Of a stretch of 64,000 nucleotides of DNA, positions 11,021 to 22,300 are shown piece after piece. Each line of letters begins with the position of its first letter. Position 1 is the stretch's first letter. This DNA comes from Macrostomum lignano. Lineage: Eukaryota. The stretch spans positions 744,001-808,000 of the forward strand of contig NIVC01000073.1 of NCBI GenBank assembly GCA_002269645.1. The letters run 5' to 3'. Position numbers and translations under genes: made by a program. Under the pieces are notes generated by a model that made no database searches, had not been told where the DNA came from, and was given only the letters and a program-made list of their open reading frames with translations.

Positions 11021-11340
11021 TAGGGTCCTTGCTTAATGGAACCATATAAAAAGTGAAGCTTTTTTATAGTCATTGTAGGAGGCAAAACAACTACTTTTCA
11101 AGTCATATAGAAGAAATTTTGTTTAAATTAGAGTGTAATAGTAAACAATTACCTAAAGTAAGTTAGCTAAAGGCAATAACAAAAACTAACAGAGGTTAAC
11201 ATCCTATCAACATTTTTATTAATAACATATTTCTTTATTTTTTTAAATTAAACCAACTTTGCTTGCATTAAACTTCATTATTTCATTTAGATGATATTTG
11301 TTTTAAGTGTTGACTATAAGTGAGAATCTACACTCTAGAT

Positions 11341-12937
11341 CAGGTCTATGAAATTTGCTAGCAGGAAATCTGCTAGCCAAAGTTTGCTAGCAAGAAATTT
11401 GCTTGCCGAAATCTGCTAGCCGAAGTTTGCTAGCAGGAATTTTGCTAGCAAAGATTTTGCTAGCCAAAACTCTGCTAGCGATAAGGGTCTATGAAATTTG
11501 CTAGCAGGAAATCTGCTAGCCAAAGTTTGCTAGCAAGAAATTTGCTTGCCGAAATCTGCTAAAGACATTTTTTCTTGTCCAATTTCGCAAGAAACTTTGC
11601 AGGACTTATTATGCAAGACAAATAAATTTGCATTTTTCGCTCTAATGACTCTCTTTGTCGTGCTTATTAGCAGTGATCTGCAAATTGCAATATGTAATAA
11701 TAATTGCAGCCTGCATTGTTGTATCATATTATAATGCAATTAAAAATTACAATCAGAAATTTCTTTGTAGCTAGCACTTGTATGACAAGAATCTGAATGT
11801 AATTTATATACAAAACGTGCTTGTTAATTCTATTCTTCAAGTTCATTGGCTGTTGTTTTGTTTGCCTGCTCTTGGTAGTCAGAGTAAATTGAGAAGGCAA
11901 TCTGTTGTGTGGAGGACTTAATCTGGACAACCTAATCTGCCACCTAGCCTTCGCCATGGGTTCTTGTACATGTACGTGTTAAAATGCAATCAGTAGATGA
12001 CGTCATAGACAAAAAGAAAATAAGATTTAGGTTTTAATGTAGGTGGATTGAAAAGTTCATATATAAGCTATTAAATAAAGTAAATATATTACATCCATGA
12101 TCACAGGGTAAGAGCTTGTGGGCCACACCTGCAAAGAGTGTTTGCTTGTACATAGTGCCATAAGCAATGGAAAATATCTATACATTAACAATACATATAG
12201 CGATAGTAAATTGTACCTTGGACATACATGTATCTAGCTATAGATACTATACACCAAAATGTGTGTTACTATATACTAAAGTACTGTATATGCTAAAACT
12301 GCACTTGGAAATTGTCAAAATCATTTATAATTTTTTTGTCTTACTTTACTCGTAGACATTTGATAATGTTTTAGCATTATCAGCTATAAGGCCGTAGTTC
12401 AGGTAGCTCAGGCAGCTGTAGTTCAGGTAGTTAAATTTAAACTTATCTATACACAGAACTTTCAGTCTTAATGGTTGGTAGTGGCAGTATATGGTATATA
12501 AGTTATATATTTACTCGTACGAATCAAAGCAGCTCAAATCCGAATCAAAACACAGCAAATAACATGCAACAGCTACGAGAGCAAGGCAGCTAGCAAAATC
12601 CTTGCTAGCAAAATTCCTGCTAGCAGATTTTGGCTAGCAAAATCCTTGCTAGCAAAATTCCTGCTAGCTAACTTCAGTTAGCAGATTTCGGCTAGCAGAT
12701 TTTGGCTAGCAGATTTCGGCTAGCAAACTTTGGCTAGCAGATTTCAGCTAGCAGATTTTGGCTAGCAGATTTTGGCTAGCACATTTTGGCTAGCAAACTT
12801 TGGCTAGCAAACTTTGGCTAGCAGATTTCGGCTAGCACATTTCGGCTAGCAAACTTTGGCTAGCAGATTTTGGCAAGCAAATTTCTCGCTAGCAAACTTT
12901 GGCTAGCAGATTTCCTGCTAGCAAATCTTGTACTCCC
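11341..12937. mobile_element. hAT/Charlie-like foldback element whose long inverted ends are made of GCTAGC minisatellite
   Basis: 8-bp TSD CTCTAGAT (11333-11340, 12938-12945) matches the Charlie target consensus NTCTAGAN. The array at 11350-11560 is the inverse of that at 12590-12925. Starts with CAGG; the right terminus is degenerate. Confidence 0.65.
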
Positions 12938-12939
12938 CT

Positions 12940-13427
12940 CTAGATCATGTAGTATATGCCCAAAAATTCAGGCATACATTGGCCTTGCATGTCAAAAGTA
13001 GGTATGCATAGTTGGTATGTATCATTCCTAAGAAAATAATGTCCATACACACCTGGTATGCACTTTACTTTATAGAATCAATCACCTAAAAGTATTATTG
13101 TTTGTGAAGTAAAAAAGATAAAAAAAAGTTCATTTTTTAATGTAAATATCAAGCTTTCTGGGTTTTTAAGCTTGTAAAAAAGCATTAAAACAAATCATTA
13201 CATGTATAATTTTTTACTGTAAATAGTATCACTGGAAAAGCAAAAAATAACATTTCGCAAAAAGGGTCCATTATACAATTCATAAAAGTCATGTATTATC
13301 ACAATGTAAAAAGGTCATTTATTATTGCAACACTGGCATAGTTTTGAGAATAGGCATGTACTCAATTTTTCGGCATGTATTTGTAGTTATTCAGTTTTTG
13401 TTTGGGCATATACCCATCATGATCTAG
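12940..13427. mobile_element. MITE with TIR CTAGATCATG..TATATGCCCAAA; its left end was the insertion site of the hAT-like element
   Basis: ctagatcatgtagtatatgcccaaa at about 12940 versus tttgggcatatacccatcatgatctag at about 13401-13427. Confidence 0.5.
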
Positions 13428-13574
13428 ACTATAGGTGAGAATATATACTTTTAAAGCAATATGAGTTTTACTAATTTATAAAACAACTGTATTTTGTTGT
13501 TTTGGTGCTTAACCTTTAACATTAGCTCAAGTGCTTAGAAAGCCAGTTTGCAAAACAATATTCTCAATTAGATA

Positions 13575-13820
13575 TAGGAGAGTGAACATAGAATTTCTCT
13601 ACAAGCTGTTATGCATATATGCACAACCTTGGAAATCACTCGGCTATTTCTATTGGCAACACACACATGTAAGTTGCTATTGGCTGAGAGCAGTCACATG
13701 ACTACTATTCTGTCCAATAGTGATTTACATGTGTGCATTACCAATAGAAACAGCAGGGTAAATCCCTAGGTTATGCCCAAGCATGCTGCTAGCTCGTATG
13801 GATACCCATAGCCTCTCCAT
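13575..13820. mobile_element. Small palindromic MITE
   Basis: Ends TAGGAGAG...CTCTCCAT; internal arms gctatttctattggcaac..acatgtaa / ttacatgtg..ccaatagaaacagc. Confidence 0.45.
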
Positions 13821-14441
13821 AAGGGTGCAAAGAAAGCTGTCAATAGTTATTCTAAAACACTGAATTGCTATATATATTGAGCCGTTTTGCTTGAACCTAG
13901 TCTGAGAGGAAAGGAAATAAATGAATAGCCAATACTAGAAAAACCAGACAAACTTCACATGCATACAATTTCTATTCTAATTGAGTTACATAGTTGAGAC
14001 TGTATTCAAATAAAGAGTAAGTCAATGTAGAATTGTCAAGTTGGAAGTCAATTGCTTCATATGGAGCAAAATTATTGCAACCAAAAGTTAGTCATTTTCA
14101 AAACCCCTTTTATGCATCTAGCTGAATTCTATTTGTTTTGCCCCCAAACTGTTTTAGCCATGGATATTTTGCCCCTAGACCATTTTGCCTATAGTCCATT
14201 TTGCCCATAAACCAGTTTAGCTATAGGCATTTTGGCCAAAATGGTGATTATGTAATTTAGAGATATAGCCATATATGTATCTTTATTTTCTTTTTTCAAT
14301 GAAAACTTTTAGTTTTAAATGTACAATAAAATATGATCTAAATTATTGCTACAACAATTGTGTTATTGCAATATTGTTTATTTACAATGTGAATTATTAC
14401 AAGTTTTTTTAAAAAGTTATACCTTTTAAAAGTGTGATAAT

Positions 14442-15033
14442 CCCTATAGGAAAAAGTTGTAAAACCGCGGACAGTGTCCGGCGCACTTTTGGAATTTTTC
14501 TAAAGCGCAGCGCGCGTACAGGCGCAGCGCCTGCGTGCGCGCTGCCCTTTCTTACTGGCTGCTGCTTTAGCAAATACATATATATGGAAATGGGTATAAT
14601 ACCTCTGTGGAAGGGGCTTATACACTCGTAATTTATTAAGCTTAGAGATGTTCCAAAAATTCAATTTCAATTTTCCAAAATTTGAAATTTTTTAGAGCAA
14701 ATTTCAATTTTGAAAAAAAATTAGAAGTGAAAATTTTGGTAGTGTTTAAAAAATCGCTAAAAACAAACTATTTCTACTACATATAAATGTATTACTTTTT
14801 GCTTAAGCAGTAAATTGAAAGTGAAAAAGTGAGTGTTGATCATACTAAACTTTATTTTTCTAAATTATGATTTCGGGAAATTTCAATTTTGATTTTGGAA
14901 AGTTAGCAAATTTTGATTTTGACAAAACTGCAGATCTTTTGGAACATCTCTAATAATCCTAAAGTGCAGTAAAATTGTTTGACTCTTTTCTAAAGCGCGT
15001 GTCCGCGGGTTTTCAACATTTATTCCAATAGGG
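14442..15033. mobile_element. TIR element (CCCTAT...ATAGGG) with 8-bp TSD, carrying a nested hAT MITE
   Basis: TSD GTGATAAT at 14434-14441 and 15034-15041, with imperfect TIRs of about 35 bp. Confidence 0.7.
14643..14952. mobile_element. Second, shorter and CpG-decayed copy of the TAGAGATGTTCC hAT MITE
   Basis: TIR TAGAGATGTTCC...GGAACATCTCTA; the TSD is degenerate (attaagct / ataatcct). Confidence 0.75.
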
Positions 15034-18000
15034 GTGATAATTAAAGCCAGTTTGAACAACCAGAGGATAAGAAAGGGTTTCAGTTACAAGCAAGATAAAG
15101 CCAGAAATACTAAAAGAATAAGACTTCTCACCAAGATGAAGAACCAAAGCACAAAGTTTAAAACCATTGAGTTTAGAAATGGTCTATGGCCAAAACAGTT
15201 TATGGGCAAAATGACCAGTTACCATCTAGCCAGAGGCAAAGGCAGATAGACAAAGGTTGGAGTGGTTGTTTTGCTGTCAAAGCAGGCTTAAAATTTTATA
15301 GGATTGTGTCAAAATAGTTAAAAGATTGTTTGTGTCAAATTAAAAAGATTATTAAGTAGAGCAACACTAGAGTTTTCAATAAAAAGATTTCATCTTTTTT
15401 ATCAGTTTTTTGCACTTTTAAGTAGGAAGTCTTCAATTTAGAAAATCTTAAGGTAGTCCTAAGACTTAAAAAATATAGAATACAAGCTTGTATTAATGCT
15501 TTAATGAGCTTTTGTATATGTATAGCATATTTTAGCCTTTAATTGCTTTGTGTATTCAAACTATTAATGACTATTTTTTTATTTAGAATCTAATAAATTT
15601 TGAATTCTTAAAGATTATTCAATTGCTTTAAATACAGTATAATTTTAGCAGTAAGTACTACTGTAGTAGCAAAATAGTATTATTTATTACTATTTGTACC
15701 TAGATTTAAAACTATTTATAGAGTTTCAATAACTTGCAAGTTCCTATTGGAGTTTTGACAAAAAGGCTACCTTATTGCATTGCAAAAAAATGTAGACTGT
15801 GTAGGTCTTTTTCTTAGAATATCTATTTTATTCATGTATAAAACAAAGATAAGCTTTGTCTTGAAAACAGACTTGAGGCCATCATTTTATAGTGAAAAAA
15901 TGACTTGGTATTTGGACTTTTTCACTTTATGTAAAGGGTATAAAAACACTAATCGCTACTTATAGTAACAAATTTAGGATTTTTTACCTTAAATGTTTTG
16001 CAAATCTAATCTTTTTATATAAGAGCTCTTTAAAATGTCTGTTTCCTTTTTATATGCATTATTGTAATTGTCTAGAGTTTTTTTAATTCTAAAAATTGAT
16101 TTACTCAAAACAAAATTACTTTTTAAAAATATCCTATATTTTTTTTTCACTTTGAATCATCTGCAGACTCACTTTTATCATCACCCTAACTCTCTAATTT
16201 TTGTACAATCAAGCATATGTTGCATTAGCGAAGCATTGATTCCTTTATTGCAACACATCATAATCAGTATCCATAGTTTTATATGTTGGTAAGTGAACTC
16301 AATTAAAGAAGTTGAAAAATTTCTAAAAATCGTTTACACTTGGATTGTGCCATTTGACATTATTGACATTTTGAATTTGATGTAAGTCTCAAGGTTTGTT
16401 TCATTCTGAATTACATTAATTAACATTCTGCACTTTATTCTATGGTTGCATACATACTTACTTATGGTGGAATACTTATTAAGCTGCTTACTATTTTGCC
16501 CTTTCATATCTATTGTGCAGTCCATTCTTTAGGCGCATGTCTCGTGCTTGTTAGTGTCATTGCTATCTTGTCTGTTTGGGGGCAGTGCAGCTCAGAGGTA
16601 AACGCATCTGACTCGCCTCCAAGGCACCCAAAGCCCCAAAGCGCGGGGCCCAGCCAAGGTAAGTCACAAAAATGCCCACCCAAAATAGACGTAGTACTAA
16701 TCAGTTACGTTACTCCTGCCGTTTACCCAAAATTACGAGTATGTTCATCTTTGCTAAGTTTCTTTCATAGGTAAGTCGCATTTTTTGGTAAACAAGTAAG
16801 TCGCACGGCCAGTGTAAATCAAGGGTTTAGCGCGTGTATGTTTAGATATGGTAAGTGGATTAAGACGCTTCTTCTCTGCTGTTGCTTGCATTAGTTACTC
16901 TAGCTAATCAAGATCAATACTTTGCTTTTAATTGAAGGATTAATTAGCTTCATTCGGCTATTGAGTCTTTTGCATGATTTAGGAAACAATTCTCCAGCGC
17001 AGTGTTTAATTAGGTATCTGATTATCATGCAATGGTCTGTTGCTGAGTACTGTCCCTATAATTTTATATTGATTGAAACTAGACGTTCATTAGCGATTTT
17101 AGCTTGATGAGTGCACTTTAAAAAACTTGTTATATATACCTGGTACCTTTCTAATATATGAGTTACATTCCTTGTACCTTGTTTTGTATAGTTCTCAGCC
17201 ACTACCTGTTGTTTTCTGACATTCTGTGTAGTGGATCACGACGCAATCCGTGTTAAAAAACCTATGCATCTGTCGCCAGTATGTGCAGATCAGGCAGCGC
17301 TAATTAGGCGATATAATGTATGCTAGTACCCCTAATTCTACTATTAGCAGGTTAGTGCAAAGTACTAGCTTTTCACCTCTGCAGTTACAGCTAATCACGC
17401 ACGGGGTAGCCAATTAGTTTTTGTTAACTTTATCTGTCAGCTCAGTGGGTAAACCACACAGTCAATCGGCTTATTATTAGCTGTGCCAATGTGAACTGTG
17501 TTTGCCTACAATCAATACGGATTAACAAACGATAAGGTTTTATGTGTTTCATCATCATTTATGCTGTTCACTTCGAATTGACTGATAGTAATATATTCGT
17601 GCGTTATATTTGTTCTTTAACACAATTAAGCATGAAAATAGCACATTTGGTCGCGAGAATTGCAAATAGGAGTGCTTAATAACATCGTTAATTTCATTTT
17701 GGATAGTAATTAATAACATTTTAGCAGTTTGTGGCGAGAGTATTGTTCAATTTAGTCAATACTGTTCAGTAGGTAGCGTGCTTATATATTGATTTTACGA
17801 GCAATATTTTAAATGATGTTTAATGCTATCCGATGTTTAGATATATAATACTCAGCAACATTGAAAAGTCGCCACCCTTGTAAGACCCCAGTGGGCAGTG
17901 TCTTTCGACCAGCGTCTATCACCTGGCCAACTATTTTGATATTTTTAAAATTGAAAAAAACAATGAAAAAAAAACAATGAAAACCGGGCGGAAGCTTCAA

Positions 18001-18429
18001 TCCATCCAATCTTCGCCCTCCGCTCTTCCCAATCCCTCCTCACCCAGCCCAACTCTGCGTCGCGTGGCGCAAGTTGCGTCACTCAAAAGTCAATACTGAG
18101 CTATAATTACCGCGCTCTCTCAAAATGGCGACTTTTTAATGTTTGAGTATATTTTGTTCACTTAAACCCTTTTTGCAAAGGCTTTTGCTCAAGTCTATAT
18201 CATCCTGTCTGGCTAAAACATCTGGGTTTGGTCATAGAGATTCTAATATATTGCAAGCAAAATTCATGGACAAGACATGCGAAATTAATTTTTTCATAAA
18301 TAGTACGGTATACGAGTACTAATGTGGGTCAAATCTGTCTAGTTCATGATAGCGTATCAATGGCCTAGGCCTGAGCTCTTTCCAACAGAGAGGACTGATT
18401 TTAAAGAAATTGATAGTATACTTCTATTG

Positions 18430-18758
18430 GATAATAAAAATAATACATAGTTGCAGGAAAGATATGCACATATAAACGCCAGGTTATATTCGGCGTGTCC
18501 CGCGACCAGAGCTAAGAGGCAGTTTTTTTTCATTCCGCTGACTTCTGAGCACATACAAGCGCGCCAATACTGTGCTCAGACATGCACTCATACACACGCA
18601 TGTACACTCTGTGCCTTGGGGGGGGGGTGTTGGGTCCGATGGCGGTGAATCGCCAATTTTCGCACACACAAGCTCCAAATGAATGTGGTCACTCACGGAA
18701 TCGAACCATGGGTTGTAGCGCAAGAGTCACACGCGTTTACCACTCAGCTACTGTGCCC
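18430..18758 (-). mobile_element. tRNA-derived SINE (family A)
   Basis: Minus-strand A box TAGCTGAGTGG and B box GGTTCGATTCC (18697-18707). The body is homologous to 62110-62422. Confidence 0.72.
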
Positions 18759-18844
18759 AGTGCTTTCATAGAATGGACGCATAGCATAAATTGATCAAAT
18801 AGTATTAAAGAAAAAATGCTCCACTTGGAGTTTTTATTCTACGT

Positions 18845-19398
18845 TTATGCCGGATTTCGCGCGTAAAGCTTGCACTCGCACAGCACATATGGGTCTATAG
18901 TTGCTTGACGGCATCGCAACAGTCGGTTCCGATCTGATGACGAAGCCGAAGGCTCTAACGCGAATGATGCACTTCTCCGTTTCGCTCGTAGCCTTGCACC
19001 TGTTGCGTAGTAGATGTAGCGCGGATCTGACGGCTTTAATGGTGGCATTTGGCTTGTATCGCCTTCTACCTCTGTGGCCGGAGCTGTGCACTGCGCCTGG
19101 CCAAAGCATAAAAGCCGTAGGCAGTTGCAAGCTGTGCCATCGGCACTGTTGCAGTCTGTTAGTACTCGGTAAACTGGTCGTTTCAAGTGCTCAACAACTC
19201 GGACCTCGTCGTACTCTGCAAAATTCACGTTTTGGCTTTGAGCAGCTATTGCTGCTGCTGCGACTGCCGCCGCTTGTTTATCGGCGTGCGGCAAAGTCGC
19301 TGATCTCTTCTCTTTGACGCCGAACTTGCGTTGCAAACGTTTTACATCTGAGTGGTCGAGCTTGCCATTGCTTTCGTCGTCGCTTGTTATTTCCTCGT
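18845..19398 (-). CDS. Terminal coding exon of an unidentified gene
   Basis: Pyrimidine-rich acceptor ...tctcattgacAG at 19399, about 184 open GC-rich codons, TAA at 18845 and AATAAA 7 nt downstream (18833-18838). No recognised domain; upstream exons not found. Confidence 0.55.
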
Positions 19399-22300
19399 CT
19401 GTCAATGAGAATGAGTTCAGAGAAAAAATGAGGATTGAGATTTGATTAGTTATAGAGTTTCTAGGAGTCAGTAATGCCTTGAATTTTGAATTGCTCTCTT
19501 TGCCATTGGGATTTGTCCCACATAGGTGATAAGTTGCACGACCAGTTCCAGTGCTTGTCTAAGCTACTCTGTTACAATGATGATTGACGAGATGAAGCTG
19601 AATGGTATCCACAAAAGGGTCCTTAAGTCTTCATGACATGAAGTTGTCAGAAATTTCATAGGTTACACCATGAAATCGATAAATCTACCCCCAAGTTCTG
19701 CATAAGTTTCGTTAAAAAAACAGACGAATTGCGCTGCGAAGCTCAAGAGTAGTGACCTGAACATTTATCAATTTCTTCGAAAAATATAAACAAAGGCAAA
19801 TGAAATCTCGCTTATCAATAACCAAATTCACACGCACTTTTTGCCGTCAAGCATAAAGCATTCGTGCAAGTCAGTCAGTAACTTTTTAAGTCTCGTTGCT
19901 TGTGAAGCTTAGTCTTCATTATTCATGCATCAGTGCACTGTCCGATTGCATTTATTATAGCATTTATTTATATATTCTGTATTTGGTCAATATATTGAGT
20001 GGAATTCTACAGAGTAAAGGAAATGAGCTACTATAGGTCTTTCGATTTCTGCTCAAAGCTTTATAATATTAAGCGAATCAGCTTTTTTAGAAACCCTTTC
20101 CACTACCCAACTTCAGCTTTTATGACGCTAGATTATTGAAAGCGTGCTCTAAGCAGACTAGATTGATTTTTAAAAAACCTGATCTATAAGTTAGAAAAAC
20201 TGGGCAAATTGTGGTCAACACGAAGTAAATTGGAACCAATTTAGACAGCAGAAACGAATTGAAATAATTGTCGAAATCAATTCTGCAGACTGGTTTTGCA
20301 TCTTCTAATGTTCGAACTGTCGTCCATCCCCGGTGCACACCATGGCGCTGCATGCCTAGTCAGAGAGACATATTGCCAACCCGGTGGCCGATAAATTCAA
20401 CTACCAGGATAGGCTGATTAGTATAGATTGAGTTGCCAGCTGCTTCTTATTATTATGGGCCTTGCGCTGCCCCCAAGTCTGGTGGAATGAAGTGGAATTG
20501 AGGATGCAATTGGCAGAGTGGCGAGGGGGCCGGACTGGGTTCTGTGCGTCATTATCATTAACATGCAATGGAGTTCGAGTGACGAAGCCGAGCGATTAGG
20601 GAAGCATAGCATGGAGCTGAGCGGAACACGAAAATGCGTTAGAAGCTATGCAATACTGTGCCGGGGTAGCAGGGCGCCTAGCTTGCTCGCAATGGGACTT
20701 CGTTAGTAGCTACTCGTTTTTTTTTCCGAGCAGAAGGTCTCCCTTGATTAGCCTTGCCGGTTTCCAATCCCTATAGATTCGGCTATCTATCCTCTCCTTT
20801 AATCATCCCCTGCCGCCCCTGTCAACAAGTCTGCGCCGTGGAACCATTTTAATTTGCGGGATTCAAAAAGAAGCAAAAAGCATAGGTAAGGAGTATAGAC
20901 ACGAATGGAAAGGGAATAAGTGGAATTTTAGACGTAGCAATTGTACTGCGAATTTTCTGCGCTTGATTTCTTCTCTTCCCTTACTCAATCTTTTTTCTCT
21001 TCTCTTTTAGGCAATCCTTATAAGTCGTGTCTGTCTGTCTTCTGCCGTTGCAAAGTCATTGGGGTTAGATCAGTAAGATAAGGGGTGGCGCTGAGGGAAA
21101 CCAAGAAGCTAAATTAGCCCTTCCCGTATGCTGGCACGTCGTCAGCCAATTTCTTTTCCTTCTCCAGTTACTCTTGCCCTAGGCTACCTACTCTACTCAC
21201 TTTCTTTCCCCCTACCCGCGCCCCGCGGGGTGCTTTTTGCCCGGAGGGCGATTTCGCCTCCTTTTTATATAATCGTGCGCTCCTTACCACGAAGAGTCTT
21301 TACCGTTTATCTCGTCTCCTACCTACCGGCTTCTTAATCTCTGCGACTATGTTTTATTTATAAATGCTTAGTCTGTAGTAGATTTTCCTTAGTTTTGTTT
21401 TGTCAGATTATAATGTATTGTCGTATTTATAAAGGTGTTGAAAATGCTGTTAGTGAGTGTATTTATTTCCAATGCCACCATCGCCCTTCTATACTTTTTA
21501 AACGAAGTATTTGCAGCATCTACGTGCTGATCTATGTTGTAGGCCTGTAGGCCCATTTCTAGTGCGTAAGTGTATAGCTCACTTGGCTAATTCCTGTCCA
21601 GTTTCGGGTATCGGATTTCCATCATAGTTTTTCAGTTAGTAGGTTCTTGTTGGAGCCTTTACTTATTCGTTTGTTTTGCTATACTGTTTTACTCTGGGCA
21701 AGTGCTTCCTATAAGCTTGGGAACCCATTTTCTAACCAAGTTTCGGTTATCTTCTATTACTGCTTGGCAAGCCTGGGTTGGGACGATTTTGCCCGAGTGA
21801 TAACGGTGTTAACAAACAGCAACGGTTAGGAGGAAGCGGGCATATTTGCAGCTGTGTAGTGATAGCTAATCGTAACCTTATATCACGAGGCACTGATGTT
21901 TGCTGGTTAGTGGTGTAGTCTTTGTCAAGCTCGGCTCCCTCTGAGTCTTGACTGGATTCGACCCCCCCCCCCTCACGGCTTCTGGTTGAGCCAACGAGGA
22001 CGAGGTTCTATGAAAGTAGAACGTCCCACAGAGAGTTGTGATTTGAGAAATGCTAGCTAATGTACAGAAGTTGACTAGAATTCAAGAAAAAATTACTCAG
22101 TCAAAGCTATCAATAAAACAAATTTTACTCACATATATTGATGAATCCGAGGGTTCCAAGAAATAGAAACAGATTTGCCGCTCTCATGACGCGACACTCC
22201 GATATAAATTGTTGTTTTTATTTGTCCGTACTTTACAATGCTTACTTAAGCTTCATCGGCTCTCAGCAGCTTGCGGCGGTGCAGTCTAACAGCAGCTTGG

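Noticed and set aside
11724-11957. Coding-like minus-strand stretch (IKSSTQQIAFSIYSDYQEQANK...)
   Set aside because: Short, inside a MITE, with no recognisable homology or linked exons.
9317-14245. A single 4.9-kb element bounded by the inverted 9317 and 14121 repeats
   Set aside because: No TSD was found, and the orientation fits two independent element ends equally well.
17809-18130. ORF starting MDGLKLPPGF and a nearby CAAAATGGCG (YY1/Kozak-like) motif
   Set aside because: The resemblance to the NAC LPPGF motif is only 5 residues, the ORF crosses T-rich tracts, and no consistent exon chain could be built.
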